From a virus (lineage: Duplodnaviria > Caudoviricetes), in the IMG/VR virus record IMGVR_UViG_3300028197_000779, positions 1 to 59,322 of that record: a stretch of 59,322 bases of DNA; one strand, given 5' to 3'. The notes beneath the pieces are model-generated. The model saw nothing but the letters and a program-made list of their open reading frames with translations, was not told the DNA's origin and ran no database searches. This document shows, piece by piece, positions 18,598 through 28,906 of this stretch; the stretch's first letter is position 1; each line of letters begins with the position of its first letter. A program made the position numbers and the translations under genes.

Positions 18598-19403
18598 CCG
18601 TAGAATTCGTGGACTACGACCACACCTTCACGACCTCTAGCACCTCTGTTGCCATGCTGAGCACCGTTGCCACCAGAACCCCATGCAGCATGAGATTGGT
18701 GATTATGAGAATAGTTTGATTGACCGTGAGATGATGGTTGAGCTCCACCGAAGTAACTTACTCCTGAGGTGTGGTTACCATATGAGTGGTTGGATCCATG
18801 TCCGTTACCTCCACCACCGTAGATATTGAGGGTACCACCACTCCCGTTACCACCGTATCCACCTGCGTGTTGTGTACTGCAGTTTGCACCGATTCCACCA
18901 CTTGCACTACAATAGGATCCAAAGGATGAACTATTGCCATTACCCCCACAACCAGAATAGTTAGTGCCACCACCAGGACTGCCGATAGTAATTGAAACTG
19001 ATGATACATTAGTCACATCAACCTGTCTCTGTGCAGTGCCAGCAGCACCACCAGATTCGCAGTATCCGCTACCTCCACCACCTGCACCTGTCACCGTGAC
19101 CATGATGGTTTTAACACCAGATGGTCTGCTCCAAGTACCATTAGAAGTCCATACTTGCATGGATCTAACACCAGCAGCACTGCTTAGGTCACCCCATTGA
19201 AGGACCGCAGCATTATTCGTCAGGAATTTACCCTGATACGACGATGGGTTTGGGATAATATAATTAGAAGATCCAGAAATGGTCCCCTCCACAGAGAGAT
19301 TAGTAACGGTCAATGTGCCGTTAGCAGTCAATCCACCACTAGACAAAGTGAATCCACCGATTCCCCCTAAGTCTTTAATAGCGTTTACATTTAACTGTGC
19401 CAT
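18594..19403 (-). CDS. Gly/His-rich putative fibre protein, paralog 1
   Basis: 269 aa; collinear with its neighbours. Confidence 0.7.
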   Translation of the reverse strand: MAQLNVNAIKDLGGIGGFTLSSGGLTANGTLTVTNLSVEGTISGSSNYIIPNPSSYQGKFLTNNAAVLQWGDLSSAAGVRSMQVWTSNGTWSRPSGVKTIMVTVTGAGGGGSGYCESGGAAGTAQRQVDVTNVSSVSITIGSPGGGTNYSGCGGNGNSSSFGSYCSASGGIGANCSTQHAGGYGGNGSGGTLNIYGGGGNGHGSNHSYGNHTSGVSYFGGAQPSSHGQSNYSHNHQSHAAWGSGGNGAQHGNRGARGREGVVVVHEFYG

Positions 19404-19423
19404 GCTACTTTAATTCCTACGTT

Positions 19424-19978
19424 TTATTTATGCAATTTCCTGGTCTTAAACATCAGAGTCATTCTAAGCGAATCACTATACTGACTAACTGATCTGACTC
19501 CGTGCCAGACATTACCAGGAAAACCTAAGATTGATCTAAACTTAGGTAATACCGAATGAGTTATCAATTGGTTTTCCTTATCCCAAAGAATAGTTTCTCC
19601 TCCAGAATCAACACCCCAAGATTTATTCACATAGACAATTATAGTCTTACTTGTATCTAGGGTATCATCAGTGTGTAGTCTTTGATCTTGACCGCATGTT
19701 TGAGCATTTGCATAACAACGAATCAAACAATCATCAGGATCCAAGTATGGTTTGATATCTTTCCATACATCAAGTATTAATCCACTAATTTCATACTCAC
19801 AGTCATAACATGACTGCTCCAGTGTAGTCGGTCCACCGAAAAAGATGGTCCAATGAGGTATACTTCTCCTTACTATACTCGGATGACTGCGATATCCCCA
19901 TTTCCAGGAAGAATTTCTCAAGTATTCATATAATTCAGATGCTCTAGATTCAGTTAGTGCATTCTCATGATAAAACAT
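19424..19978 (-). CDS. 2OG-Fe(II) oxygenase
   Basis: HTD; W...GGET; WHGV; RMTLMFK. Confidence 0.85.
   Translation of the reverse strand: MFYHENALTESRASELYEYLRNSSWKWGYRSHPSIVRRSIPHWTIFFGGPTTLEQSCYDCEYEISGLILDVWKDIKPYLDPDDCLIRCYANAQTCGQDQRLHTDDTLDTSKTIIVYVNKSWGVDSGGETILWDKENQLITHSVLPKFRSILGFPGNVWHGVRSVSQYSDSLRMTLMFKTRKLHK
19425..19431 (-). promoter_or_regulatory. T4-like late promoter
   Basis: ATAAATA about 20 nt upstream of ATG 19403. Confidence 0.6.
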
Positions 19979-19985
19979 TATTCAA

Positions 19986-20813
19986 TCAATCCCATCCAAA
20001 ATGTTCTTCTGCTGATGCTAAGAAGTTATTGACAAATGTTTGTGCTTGAGATTGACTGATCTGTCCATTGGTCTGACCATTTGATATTAGCGCAGTCCAA
20101 ACAAAACAGTTTGTTGACGTTGATTCATATTGAGATGTATCACTGTCAGAATTACTTGCAAAAGTATTAACAGTAAATCCATCCGAAACATCACTACCAT
20201 CCCACTTACTTGTACCAACAGTGCAGTATAAGTGTGAAACGCCAGGGTCACTATTCTGATTCCATGCTTTGTTTACCAACCATGCATAAACCATATCAAA
20301 TTCTCCCACAGTAGCATTATTATATACTGTAAGTGCAGCAGGAGTTCCACCACCATTATCAGCACCTAGGTTACCATTTCTTGACCATCCATATCGAGTT
20401 TGTTGTCCTGTTGGAGCAACTGCAATACCAACCAAGGGCCAAGAATAACTAAGTGGAATATATTTAATGGTACTATATGTTAATAGATTACTATTGTATC
20501 CCATATTACCACTGGCACCACCATCCTTTCTCACCTGAGTATAGTTACCTGTATCATACATGTCAGATTGTGCATCACCAATATTGGTGTCACCAGAATC
20601 TGTTTCATACTGATAATTAGTGCCACTTGATCCCCAACCTACTTTTCGCGCTTCCATGTAGTCACGGAATGCTGTTAATTCAGAATCATCATATAATGGA
20701 AAAGGAGTATTAGTGGCACCTGAATTTGGATCACCAGCAGCACCACCAATCGTGCCTCTTCTTGCGATAGTAGCACCAAGGGGAGAAAAAGCGCCAGAAA
20801 GTCCAATACTCAT
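19986..20813 (-). CDS. Hypothetical, probably virion/fibre-associated protein
   Basis: 275 aa, G/S/T/N-rich; ATGA overlap with fibre-like gene. Confidence 0.6.
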   Translation of the reverse strand: MSIGLSGAFSPLGATIARRGTIGGAAGDPNSGATNTPFPLYDDSELTAFRDYMEARKVGWGSSGTNYQYETDSGDTNIGDAQSDMYDTGNYTQVRKDGGASGNMGYNSNLLTYSTIKYIPLSYSWPLVGIAVAPTGQQTRYGWSRNGNLGADNGGGTPAALTVYNNATVGEFDMVYAWLVNKAWNQNSDPGVSHLYCTVGTSKWDGSDVSDGFTVNTFASNSDSDTSQYESTSTNCFVWTALISNGQTNGQISQSQAQTFVNNFLASAEEHFGWD

Positions 20814-21667
20814 GATGCGTAGTTTCCTCCACTACCTAACACTGTATACTGACCTGTGCTACCAGTATTAAATGCAATGAATGAGAAAGATACAACACAA
20901 ATACTACCACCACTATGTCCAGGGTTAACACCCCCAGGCCATTTAATCGTCTGTTGTTGACCATCTACGTTGACTGTAGAGGGAATACCTGTACCACCAG
21001 CGTCGTTAATAATACAAGTAATTGTATATGCCGCAGAGTCTGTGGGCATATTGTTAATATTTAAGGTAAAGTTACCACCGCCAGTCTTTTCAACAAAGAT
21101 AGCATTGTTGTTATTAAAATCGTGAGTGATATCACCACTGGTGTTGTAGAAGGTCAGACTTTCTTTTGTCTCAGAGAAGTGTAGAGTCCCTGTGCTGGTG
21201 ATATTTCCAGATGTTAACTCTTGAAATTCTGCAGTGCTGGAGTCTTCCTCACCAATAATGTTCCATGCAGCACCATTTTCAACGGTAACTGTGAATCCAT
21301 TGTCAATGCTAACAGGACCAATCGTGGCACCGTTGGCAAATTCGGGCGCACCATTAGCAGTCACACCAACAGTAATATTCTCTTGAATATTCTTACCGTT
21401 AGTCCTGATAATAGATCCTTCACCCAATGAAGGACCGCCACCACCAACATCAGTCCATCCAGCAGCACCTTGAGCAGCATCTGCCTTATAGATCTGCGCC
21501 ATATCCTCGGTGGTGTTATACACCAACGTGCCGAAAGCAGGAGTACCTAAGGCAGTAACTGCTGCTTGGTTGAGTGCAGGCAGGTTGATCTGCTCGGTTA
21601 CCTGTAGTGCCTCCATAATGGCACGGGTAACCTGATCAATCTGGTTTCCTATAATCTTTGTGGACAT
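20810..21667 (-). CDS. Tail-fibre-like virion protein
   Basis: GTLVYNTT, IIRTN..I.ENIT, IKWPGG..P fibre-type segments. Confidence 0.65.
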   Translation of the reverse strand: MSTKIIGNQIDQVTRAIMEALQVTEQINLPALNQAAVTALGTPAFGTLVYNTTEDMAQIYKADAAQGAAGWTDVGGGGPSLGEGSIIRTNGKNIQENITVGVTANGAPEFANGATIGPVSIDNGFTVTVENGAAWNIIGEEDSSTAEFQELTSGNITSTGTLHFSETKESLTFYNTSGDITHDFNNNNAIFVEKTGGGNFTLNINNMPTDSAAYTITCIINDAGGTGIPSTVNVDGQQQTIKWPGGVNPGHSGGSICVVSFSFIAFNTGSTGQYTVLGSGGNYAS

Positions 21668-21690
21668 TCTAGACCCCGATTAGTGTAACT

Positions 21691-24600
21691 TTAGATAACC
21701 AATTCACGGATTTGAACAGCGTCACCAGCTTGTGGAATAGTGCCAACTGAGAAATCTACAGCGTTAGCAGTGACTGTGTAGTCAGTCCCAGGACGTTGAC
21801 AAACACCATTCAAGAATACAAGTAACGAATATGCATTATGACCAGGCGAAATTGCAAAGGATGATGTGGATCCATTACCCGTATACATTACGCCGCTGTT
21901 TCCATTATTAATTCCAGTCGCCAGAGAGTATTTATCAGCGCAACCATATTTACCAGTAACATCAATGTCACCGCTAACCATTACGTTACCAGCAATCTTC
22001 ATGCGATTGGATGCATCAGGTGCGATGCCAATACCATAATGTGTTTCACCACTGAACCTATTAGATGTAATAGGTGTAGTATCACTTAGACCAAACTTAT
22101 ACCATACACCTGAGTCGTAAATCCAACCCAAAGCATTACCAGGAGTCCAGTCAATGTTATAGCAGAGATCACCGCTGTTGTATGCTTCAGTAGCATCAAC
22201 TTCGGGATTACCTGAAGAATCCTCTTCTGCCATGAGGATATTTCTCAACACCGTGCCATCATCATTAGATAATGTGAAGTTAAGAGTTTGGATAGTATCC
22301 TGTGATGTTATTTTCTTCTGGAAAGTAACAGGACCAGAGAATACTGATTCTAATTGGTTAGATGCACCACCAATAACAGTCAGTTTATCAGTTAGCACCA
22401 ACTCAGAGAATGTCTCAATAGTTGTGCCTTCCTCACCCAACACGTTAAGTTGTGCAATATCTTCGTTAGTAATCTGACCTGTAACTGGGTTAATAACTTG
22501 GTTACCAACAAACAACTCACCGTCAGAGTTAACACCAGAGTAATATGCAACACCTGCTGCTTCCTTCAATGACTGAGATAGTCTCACCGCTCGCGGTGTT
22601 AACACCTCAACCTGTGTAGATGGGAATGCAGTTGAGTAGTTACCAGGACCAAATCCAAGATACTCAAACGTGTGACCAGATGCTCTAAGAATAGAGTATC
22701 TTCTCAACTCACAAAGAATAGGTTGGACACTATTATCAGCGTTAAGTTTTAATGGGATCTTACGATCTTCTGCTTCACCCAAGCGTGCAGTGACAGAAAT
22801 ACCATTCAGCACGTTAGATGTAGTGTTATAACCTAAGTTATTCTCAGTCTCCAGCAAGAAGAATTGTGATGTCTCCTTCGTGATAGATCTCTCGGTATCC
22901 TCATTAGGGACAGGAGATGCACCATCAGTTGTAGTAACTAGACCTAAAGTCTCATTATCAGCAATAGATACAGATGCTGCAGGATCAGCGACAGGGTTAT
23001 CTCTGTCGAATGCTGGATACAAATCAACTGTCTGCTGTGAGAAGAAGAAGTCGTTAAAGTTAGAGGTAGATGGTGATACTGACGCATTCAATAGTGTCAC
23101 ATAATATACACCGTCAGTTACACCCCTCACAAACGTTTGGTATGTTTCAGTAGCATAAACGTAGTATGACTTAGTATATGCGGGTGAGTTTGTTTCACTG
23201 GATCTAGGTTGAATAACGAAACCAGTGATAGGTTCTCTAGGCACTGGGAATGAATCTTTGTCTAGCACATAGCGATAACGATATACTCTGTCAACCAAGT
23301 TACGGGCATCAGGCACACGACGAATATAAGTCGTAGGTGTGAATCCGAGGTTTTGATAGAGTGAGTTTGCTTGTAACGTAGTATAAATGGTATTCTGTGC
23401 TGCGTTACCGTCAACCTGAAGATACCAATGGTTGTTGCTACTATCCCATTTAATTGGTGAGTCATCATCACCAGCACGGGTGCCAGTTACAGTCTTACCA
23501 GAGGGATTAATGTCTGCATAGTGTGCAGTGGGTTCAGACGCGCCAGATGCAAGTAACAGGACGTACAAACGGTCAGGAGTGTTAACGTCGTCTCTTCTTG
23601 CACCAACAGTATAACCTTGGACCTTACTTGGTGGTCTTGCAGTTTCTACTGTGTATCCATAAATGAATAGTTTAGTTGGGTCTGCTACAGATCGGGTCTT
23701 AGTAATATCAACTGTGACCCAGTTGATTGAAATTTCATCAACATCTGACAGCGACTTGGGAGGAATAACGTGGGTAATTTGCCCAGCTTTATCCTTAGTA
23801 AATGATGCTGCTTTGAAACCTTTGCTTCGCAGCGATGTATTTCCGAAGTTAGAGTTTGAGTTAGTAATGGATAGGTCACCGCCAGACTCACTAAAGAAAT
23901 GGTCACCAAATCCCACAGCAAACACAGACACAACCTGAATGAATGAATCATTGGATGCATGAATGTGGACGTGACGCCATCCTTTACGGTACTTACATAG
24001 ACCGTTAATGTGTGCGCCAGATCCAGAAGCTTGTGCTTCATAGTTTCCTGTGTTTGGATTATACAGCACGAATGCACGGTCATCCTTTTGGAGGGAGATT
24101 CCAGTGAATTGAGCCACAACCATGGACTTAAATCCAGTTGCTTCACTACCATCGGCGTGCATACCGTTGATACCCCAAACACTTCTCAGTGATAGGTTGA
24201 AACAATATGGTGATGCAGAGTCAACTGTATCAATCTCAACTTTAACTAGGACATTACTACCCAAAGCATTACCTGAGGGCTCTGCTGACATCTGATAGGT
24301 AAATTGGTTACCCTGTGCAGATGTTACCAGGAATGATCCATTGTAGAGGAGAGCATCTTGATCAGTAGGACCTGTAACCCCAGAAATATTAACAGCGACA
24401 CCCACGGAGAATCCATGATTCTTCGGGTTGCCCAACTCATCCACCGTAAAGGCGGTTGCGGTTTGCCCATTTCGGATAATTTGTGAGACTGCGAATTCGT
24501 CAGAAATAGGACCAACAATTCTATTTTCTTCAACTCTTGGTTGCAACTGATCTTGCGCTGGCAAACCTGAAGTATCAGGAATAACTGCATAACCTTTAGA

Positions 24601-25269
24601 GATCTTCTGATAGTAGAGCTCTAGATCTGCAGTGTTTGCATACTCAAAACAAGTAATCTTGTGATGAGAGAAGTTAGGTGCAATCTGACTCAGGTCATCT
24701 CTATAATAGACACCAGTATTGTCCCCATCAAAGAAGGACATTTGCCAGAAATAGCAACCACCTGTTAACCTAAAAATCGCAGTATTGCCAGGTTCATTAG
24801 CAGCAGTGATACCGAGACTGCCCTGTACTGTGGGATAAGGGACATATTTCGGAATGATTTTGGTTCTACGAAGGTCCGAACCAACAACAGAGACACCACG
24901 AGGACAGATAACACCGCCACGAGTTGAATTAAATTTATAAAGCTCATTACTTGCTGAGGTTAAATCAAAGTTGGTGTTTTCGTTAAACGGTTGAATCTGG
25001 TTGTAATCTGCAAGACCAGGACGATTATCAATAACATACTCTGATGGATACAGGTAGATACTGAATGCGTCAAATTCGTCATTACTTAGACCAACGCGAT
25101 ATGAGAAACGTGATACCTCAAGGAAAGCACGTTGCAACGACTTAAATGGACGCAGTGCCGAGTTACCTCGGTTGTCAAATGCATCAGAGGCATCAAAATC
25201 ATCGGGGTTGACGTAGATAATACGTCCCGTCCTCGACGTGATGATATTCTTAAGACGAGTAAGTGCCAT
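21691..25269 (-). CDS. Large virion structural protein
   Basis: 1192 aa; IYVNPDDFDASD..RGNS.LRPFKS.QRA, SMVVAQFTG, RASGHTFEYLGFGPGNYS, as recalled for cyanomyovirus virion proteins. Confidence 0.75.
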   Translation of the reverse strand: MALTRLKNIITSRTGRIIYVNPDDFDASDAFDNRGNSALRPFKSLQRAFLEVSRFSYRVGLSNDEFDAFSIYLYPSEYVIDNRPGLADYNQIQPFNENTNFDLTSASNELYKFNSTRGGVICPRGVSVVGSDLRRTKIIPKYVPYPTVQGSLGITAANEPGNTAIFRLTGGCYFWQMSFFDGDNTGVYYRDDLSQIAPNFSHHKITCFEYANTADLELYYQKISKGYAVIPDTSGLPAQDQLQPRVEENRIVGPISDEFAVSQIIRNGQTATAFTVDELGNPKNHGFSVGVAVNISGVTGPTDQDALLYNGSFLVTSAQGNQFTYQMSAEPSGNALGSNVLVKVEIDTVDSASPYCFNLSLRSVWGINGMHADGSEATGFKSMVVAQFTGISLQKDDRAFVLYNPNTGNYEAQASGSGAHINGLCKYRKGWRHVHIHASNDSFIQVVSVFAVGFGDHFFSESGGDLSITNSNSNFGNTSLRSKGFKAASFTKDKAGQITHVIPPKSLSDVDEISINWVTVDITKTRSVADPTKLFIYGYTVETARPPSKVQGYTVGARRDDVNTPDRLYVLLLASGASEPTAHYADINPSGKTVTGTRAGDDDSPIKWDSSNNHWYLQVDGNAAQNTIYTTLQANSLYQNLGFTPTTYIRRVPDARNLVDRVYRYRYVLDKDSFPVPREPITGFVIQPRSSETNSPAYTKSYYVYATETYQTFVRGVTDGVYYVTLLNASVSPSTSNFNDFFFSQQTVDLYPAFDRDNPVADPAASVSIADNETLGLVTTTDGASPVPNEDTERSITKETSQFFLLETENNLGYNTTSNVLNGISVTARLGEAEDRKIPLKLNADNSVQPILCELRRYSILRASGHTFEYLGFGPGNYSTAFPSTQVEVLTPRAVRLSQSLKEAAGVAYYSGVNSDGELFVGNQVINPVTGQITNEDIAQLNVLGEEGTTIETFSELVLTDKLTVIGGASNQLESVFSGPVTFQKKITSQDTIQTLNFTLSNDDGTVLRNILMAEEDSSGNPEVDATEAYNSGDLCYNIDWTPGNALGWIYDSGVWYKFGLSDTTPITSNRFSGETHYGIGIAPDASNRMKIAGNVMVSGDIDVTGKYGCADKYSLATGINNGNSGVMYTGNGSTSSFAISPGHNAYSLLVFLNGVCQRPGTDYTVTANAVDFSVGTIPQAGDAVQIRELVI

Positions 25270-25293
25270 TCTTCAGGAATCCTTCTTCGGTAG

Positions 25294-25300
25294 TATTTAT
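25294..25300 (-). promoter_or_regulatory. T4-like late promoter
   Basis: ATAAATA upstream of AGGA RBS and ATG 25269. Confidence 0.65.
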
Positions 25301-25306
25301 GATCAG

Positions 25307-27535
25307 TTAAGGAGCAGCAGCGCCACCATCTTCAGTTGTAATCTTAGTCATGTTGACGACAGTGAGATCATCCGAAGGAGACTCAAAACCATTAACAACG
25401 TAACTTAGATCACCAGCAGAAGAATAGACGAGCAGATTCTGTCCTGGACCCACTACGATACCAGAATTCTTTTCTGTATCATTTGCTGCAATAGCATTAT
25501 CGTAGTAGAGATAATCTTCAGGATTATAAAGTCCTGTGGATCCTGTTTGCTCAGCGGCGCTAATAGTTGCTGCATTAAATGTTAGTGCAGCACCGCCACC
25601 GTTACCCAGTTGTGCATCATTGATCTGAATAGTTTCAGCAGCAGCGAAATCTTCACCACCATCAACAATAGTAATAGTTGCAGCACCAGACCCATCAACA
25701 ACTACAGTGAATTTTGCCTTAGCAATATTACCTGAAGAAGCAGTGGCATTTGCGGTCAGACTGGCATATGTGCCAGCAGAACGAGCAGCATCAGCAGCAC
25801 CAATAGTGTCAACAGACAGGATCTTACCACTGACTGCTTTAGCTATGACACGAGTGCCATTATTTAATGTAGGTGAATCAGGAAACTCAGTATTATCTGC
25901 GAATGCAGTAGATCCTTCACCCAAAGCAACCTTAAGGTGTGCTTTTGCAGGATCCCAATCCATCACATAACCATAAGGTCCAGCAACAACGCCACTTTGC
26001 TGCACAGTTTGAGTTACGTTGTTGACAGTGAAACTATCACCTGCAATCAGAGGCTCACCAGCAACATCATAGATAAAGACTTGCTCGTAAGAAGGGTCAG
26101 TTTGGACACTGATAGAGAAACCAATACCTGTTGTTACAGCAGGAGGACTACCAATAGTGCCATCTGCATATGCAAACAGTGAGATTCCAGTATTCTCATC
26201 GATAGCAATCGATGTGTATGCACCTGCTTGACCTGCAGTACCTACCTTACTAACACCCTGAGTAAATTCTGTGCCAGGAGTAGCGTCATTAGGACCCTCA
26301 ACGGCATCACCAGACAACTTCAGAGGATAGTTTGTATTGGAAGAATTACTTAAATCAAATTTATAGGTAAGGTCAATATTAAGTTGTAACTGACCGATAT
26401 AAACATGATCGGTAGCAGAAGATCCAGTTGAAGTAACAACATATTTATTTTCAATCAATGCACTACTGGTAGCCAAGAAATTAAGACCAGCAGAGGCATT
26501 AGATGTGGATCCAGTAATTGTCTCACCTTCTTGGAAGAAATTAACCAGATAGGTGCCGTTATCTGTCAGCAGAGTAACATTAACACCATCGTTATGATCA
26601 ACATCGGCAGTGCCGTATATGCCACGAGTCAGGGTAAGATCGTTGCCGTTAACCTGAGCAATAGTGCAAAGCTCGTTATCAATTAGGACAACACCACCAG
26701 ATACAAACCCAGTAGAGTCAGTAAGAGTTAGAGTTGCATCACCAGCAACATAAGTTGCACCCTCGTTAATAGTTGTAACAACAGCAGATGCAGACCATGC
26801 ATTAGATGCAAGACCAGCAGGAACTGTACGAGCAGTTGTGCCCAGTGCAGCGCGAGTAACAGTTACTCGATCAAAGTCTTCGTTAACACCAGATGCATCG
26901 ATAGTAACAACTTCAGCATCAGTGTCCGCTGGTTGCCCCAGAGTCACATACATGCCATCAGCAAGACCTGTTGTGCGGGAGAATGCCATGGTTGTAACAC
27001 CTGTGGCATAAGTAACGAATTCAAAATATGCACTTGCCGCGCTCCCACCACGATATACAGCAGTAAAGAGTGATCCACTTCCAGTTACAGTCTCACCACC
27101 TTGCAAGGTGCCAGCAGCAGAGTCTGCTATGAATGCAACAGTGGAGATTTCCTTCACCTGCGTATAGTAGGTGACCTCACCTGATGCCTTGAAAATATCA
27201 AGGATCTTACCAGTTGCGTTATTTGTAGTTGTAAATTGGGTGCCAGGAATAGCATCACCAAAGGTAAACCCAGGGTTTAATGTGAGTCTATATGCCGATA
27301 TGGGATTTCCCTTGGCAAATTTATAACTGGATGCCAATCCACCATTCTCGGATTCGGGTCCATCTAGGTGCAGCACCTGATCATAGTCTCTTAGTGCCAT
27401 CCGATAGGATGCACCACTACCAGACTGGTTGCACACACTAACAACTGTGCTGCCAGTTACAGTAGTAGGACAACGATAGAGGACCGTATTAGCGGTCGCT
27501 CCTGGTTTTTTAGCTGCGAGTCTTCCTGCTGTCAT
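25307..27535 (-). CDS. Virion structural protein
   Basis: 742 aa, T/G/A-rich beta protein; TVTRAALGT / LTRGIYGT repeats. Confidence 0.7.
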   Translation of the reverse strand: MTAGRLAAKKPGATANTVLYRCPTTVTGSTVVSVCNQSGSGASYRMALRDYDQVLHLDGPESENGGLASSYKFAKGNPISAYRLTLNPGFTFGDAIPGTQFTTTNNATGKILDIFKASGEVTYYTQVKEISTVAFIADSAAGTLQGGETVTGSGSLFTAVYRGGSAASAYFEFVTYATGVTTMAFSRTTGLADGMYVTLGQPADTDAEVVTIDASGVNEDFDRVTVTRAALGTTARTVPAGLASNAWSASAVVTTINEGATYVAGDATLTLTDSTGFVSGGVVLIDNELCTIAQVNGNDLTLTRGIYGTADVDHNDGVNVTLLTDNGTYLVNFFQEGETITGSTSNASAGLNFLATSSALIENKYVVTSTGSSATDHVYIGQLQLNIDLTYKFDLSNSSNTNYPLKLSGDAVEGPNDATPGTEFTQGVSKVGTAGQAGAYTSIAIDENTGISLFAYADGTIGSPPAVTTGIGFSISVQTDPSYEQVFIYDVAGEPLIAGDSFTVNNVTQTVQQSGVVAGPYGYVMDWDPAKAHLKVALGEGSTAFADNTEFPDSPTLNNGTRVIAKAVSGKILSVDTIGAADAARSAGTYASLTANATASSGNIAKAKFTVVVDGSGAATITIVDGGEDFAAAETIQINDAQLGNGGGAALTFNAATISAAEQTGSTGLYNPEDYLYYDNAIAANDTEKNSGIVVGPGQNLLVYSSAGDLSYVVNGFESPSDDLTVVNMTKITTEDGGAAAP

Positions 27536-27542
27536 TTGTTAA

Positions 27543-28880
27543 TTACCAACCTGCTTGGAAAAATGATTGTAGTCTTATTTGCCCACCCAACACAGGAGCG
27601 GCAAGTGCTCCACCGAAACTAATTGCAACATCACTAATGTTATTAGTAGATAGAAGTGTTGCATCAGCGTCAGGGAATTGAATGGAGCGAGCCCCAGTCA
27701 AATTGCTGGCATCAATAGTAATGATACCATTAACGTCTTCTGGGTTATTTATCTTCGCCAGTTCTAACGTTTTATTATAAAGAGTTTGTGTCTTCCTTTC
27801 AGCAACCAGCATGTTAGATGCTATGCCATTATTCAAAGGTGCTGCTGGATCGTCATCAGGAAAACTAAACACATAGGTTTGGTTATCTTCAATATTAGAG
27901 AGATCTAAAGAAATCTTTCTAGTATCATCGCCAACGTCAGCAAAAATTGCACCTTTGTAAATCTTATTACTAAGTGTCTGTGACGATGCTTCACCAACTG
28001 CCCTGATATTCATATCAGGGAAGGTCACCACACGATTATTACTTAATAGTGAAGAGTCAAAAATCACATATCTTGTGGGGGCATTCTCTTCATCTGCTGA
28101 GGGAGTGTTAGAGAATGTGGGGTTGACCATGTTTTTGTTGAAAACATTCTGGTCAGTGATGTCGTCCAACAAAGTAGACTGAGTATTAGCAGCACCAAAG
28201 TCAGGCAACTTGTAAGTGTGCTGACCAGGACTCTCCCAAGCGTCACATTCAAATTTTGCGATCTTATCAGTTGACGTAGATCCAGTAATCTGGAGCTCGC
28301 CGTCTTTAATAATGATCGTCTTGTTTGTGACAGTTTGGAAGGTGTCATTTGCCAGCAGAGTTGTGCTTGTGTTTGTACCTACGTTAGGTAGATCAAAACG
28401 ACGTGTGCCAGACTGGGTTGAGATTGTATCAACGTTAAATTGCACTCTCTTTGCAGGGTTTTGATCACCTTGCAAGAAGAATTGTGCATCGGTCTGAATG
28501 ATAGGACCATTAACAGTGAAAAATCCACTACCCTGTGGTGTAAGCTCCATGCTTGACGTTGCTGATGCACTGTCAACTGCACGGACGATCAGGGTAGAGG
28601 ATCCATCAGTATTTTCTCTTCGGGTATTATAAAGAGATGCTGATCCAAATGTAAGTCCAATCTCATTGATTGCAGACTGATATATCCCAGAATCTCGGTC
28701 CAGGTCAAACGCTAATCCTGGTGCTGTTGCGCTACCTGCGCTTACACCACGGAATAGCTGATTGACCTTTGCCTTGCGGTTTGGAATCAGAGGATCAGAG
28801 ATAACGATAGGCAGAATTGCCTCGCCAGTAACGAGGGCGTCTGCAATCGTATCTAATTGGGATATACGTTTAGTTGCCAC
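27543..28880 (-). CDS. Virion structural protein (fibre-like repeats)
   Basis: 445 aa; repeated QTLxNK units; late promoter upstream. Confidence 0.7.
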   Translation of the reverse strand: MATKRISQLDTIADALVTGEAILPIVISDPLIPNRKAKVNQLFRGVSAGSATAPGLAFDLDRDSGIYQSAINEIGLTFGSASLYNTRRENTDGSSTLIVRAVDSASATSSMELTPQGSGFFTVNGPIIQTDAQFFLQGDQNPAKRVQFNVDTISTQSGTRRFDLPNVGTNTSTTLLANDTFQTVTNKTIIIKDGELQITGSTSTDKIAKFECDAWESPGQHTYKLPDFGAANTQSTLLDDITDQNVFNKNMVNPTFSNTPSADEENAPTRYVIFDSSLLSNNRVVTFPDMNIRAVGEASSQTLSNKIYKGAIFADVGDDTRKISLDLSNIEDNQTYVFSFPDDDPAAPLNNGIASNMLVAERKTQTLYNKTLELAKINNPEDVNGIITIDASNLTGARSIQFPDADATLLSTNNISDVAISFGGALAAPVLGGQIRLQSFFQAGW

Positions 28881-28906
28881 GAAATCTCAGCACAATTGCT
28901 ACACTT

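Larger units (their letters stand above)
16932..19403 (-). repeat. Tandem triplication, ~830-bp unit
   Basis: Unit spacing 832 and 830 bp; shared DNA blocks such as CCACCACATCCAGCGTAGTTTGTACCACCACCAGGACT. Confidence 0.85.

Noticed and set aside
16932-19403. Diversity-generating retroelement or invertible shufflon
   Set aside because: All copies are intact direct ORFs, differences are not adenine-specific, and no reverse transcriptase or invertase is in the window.
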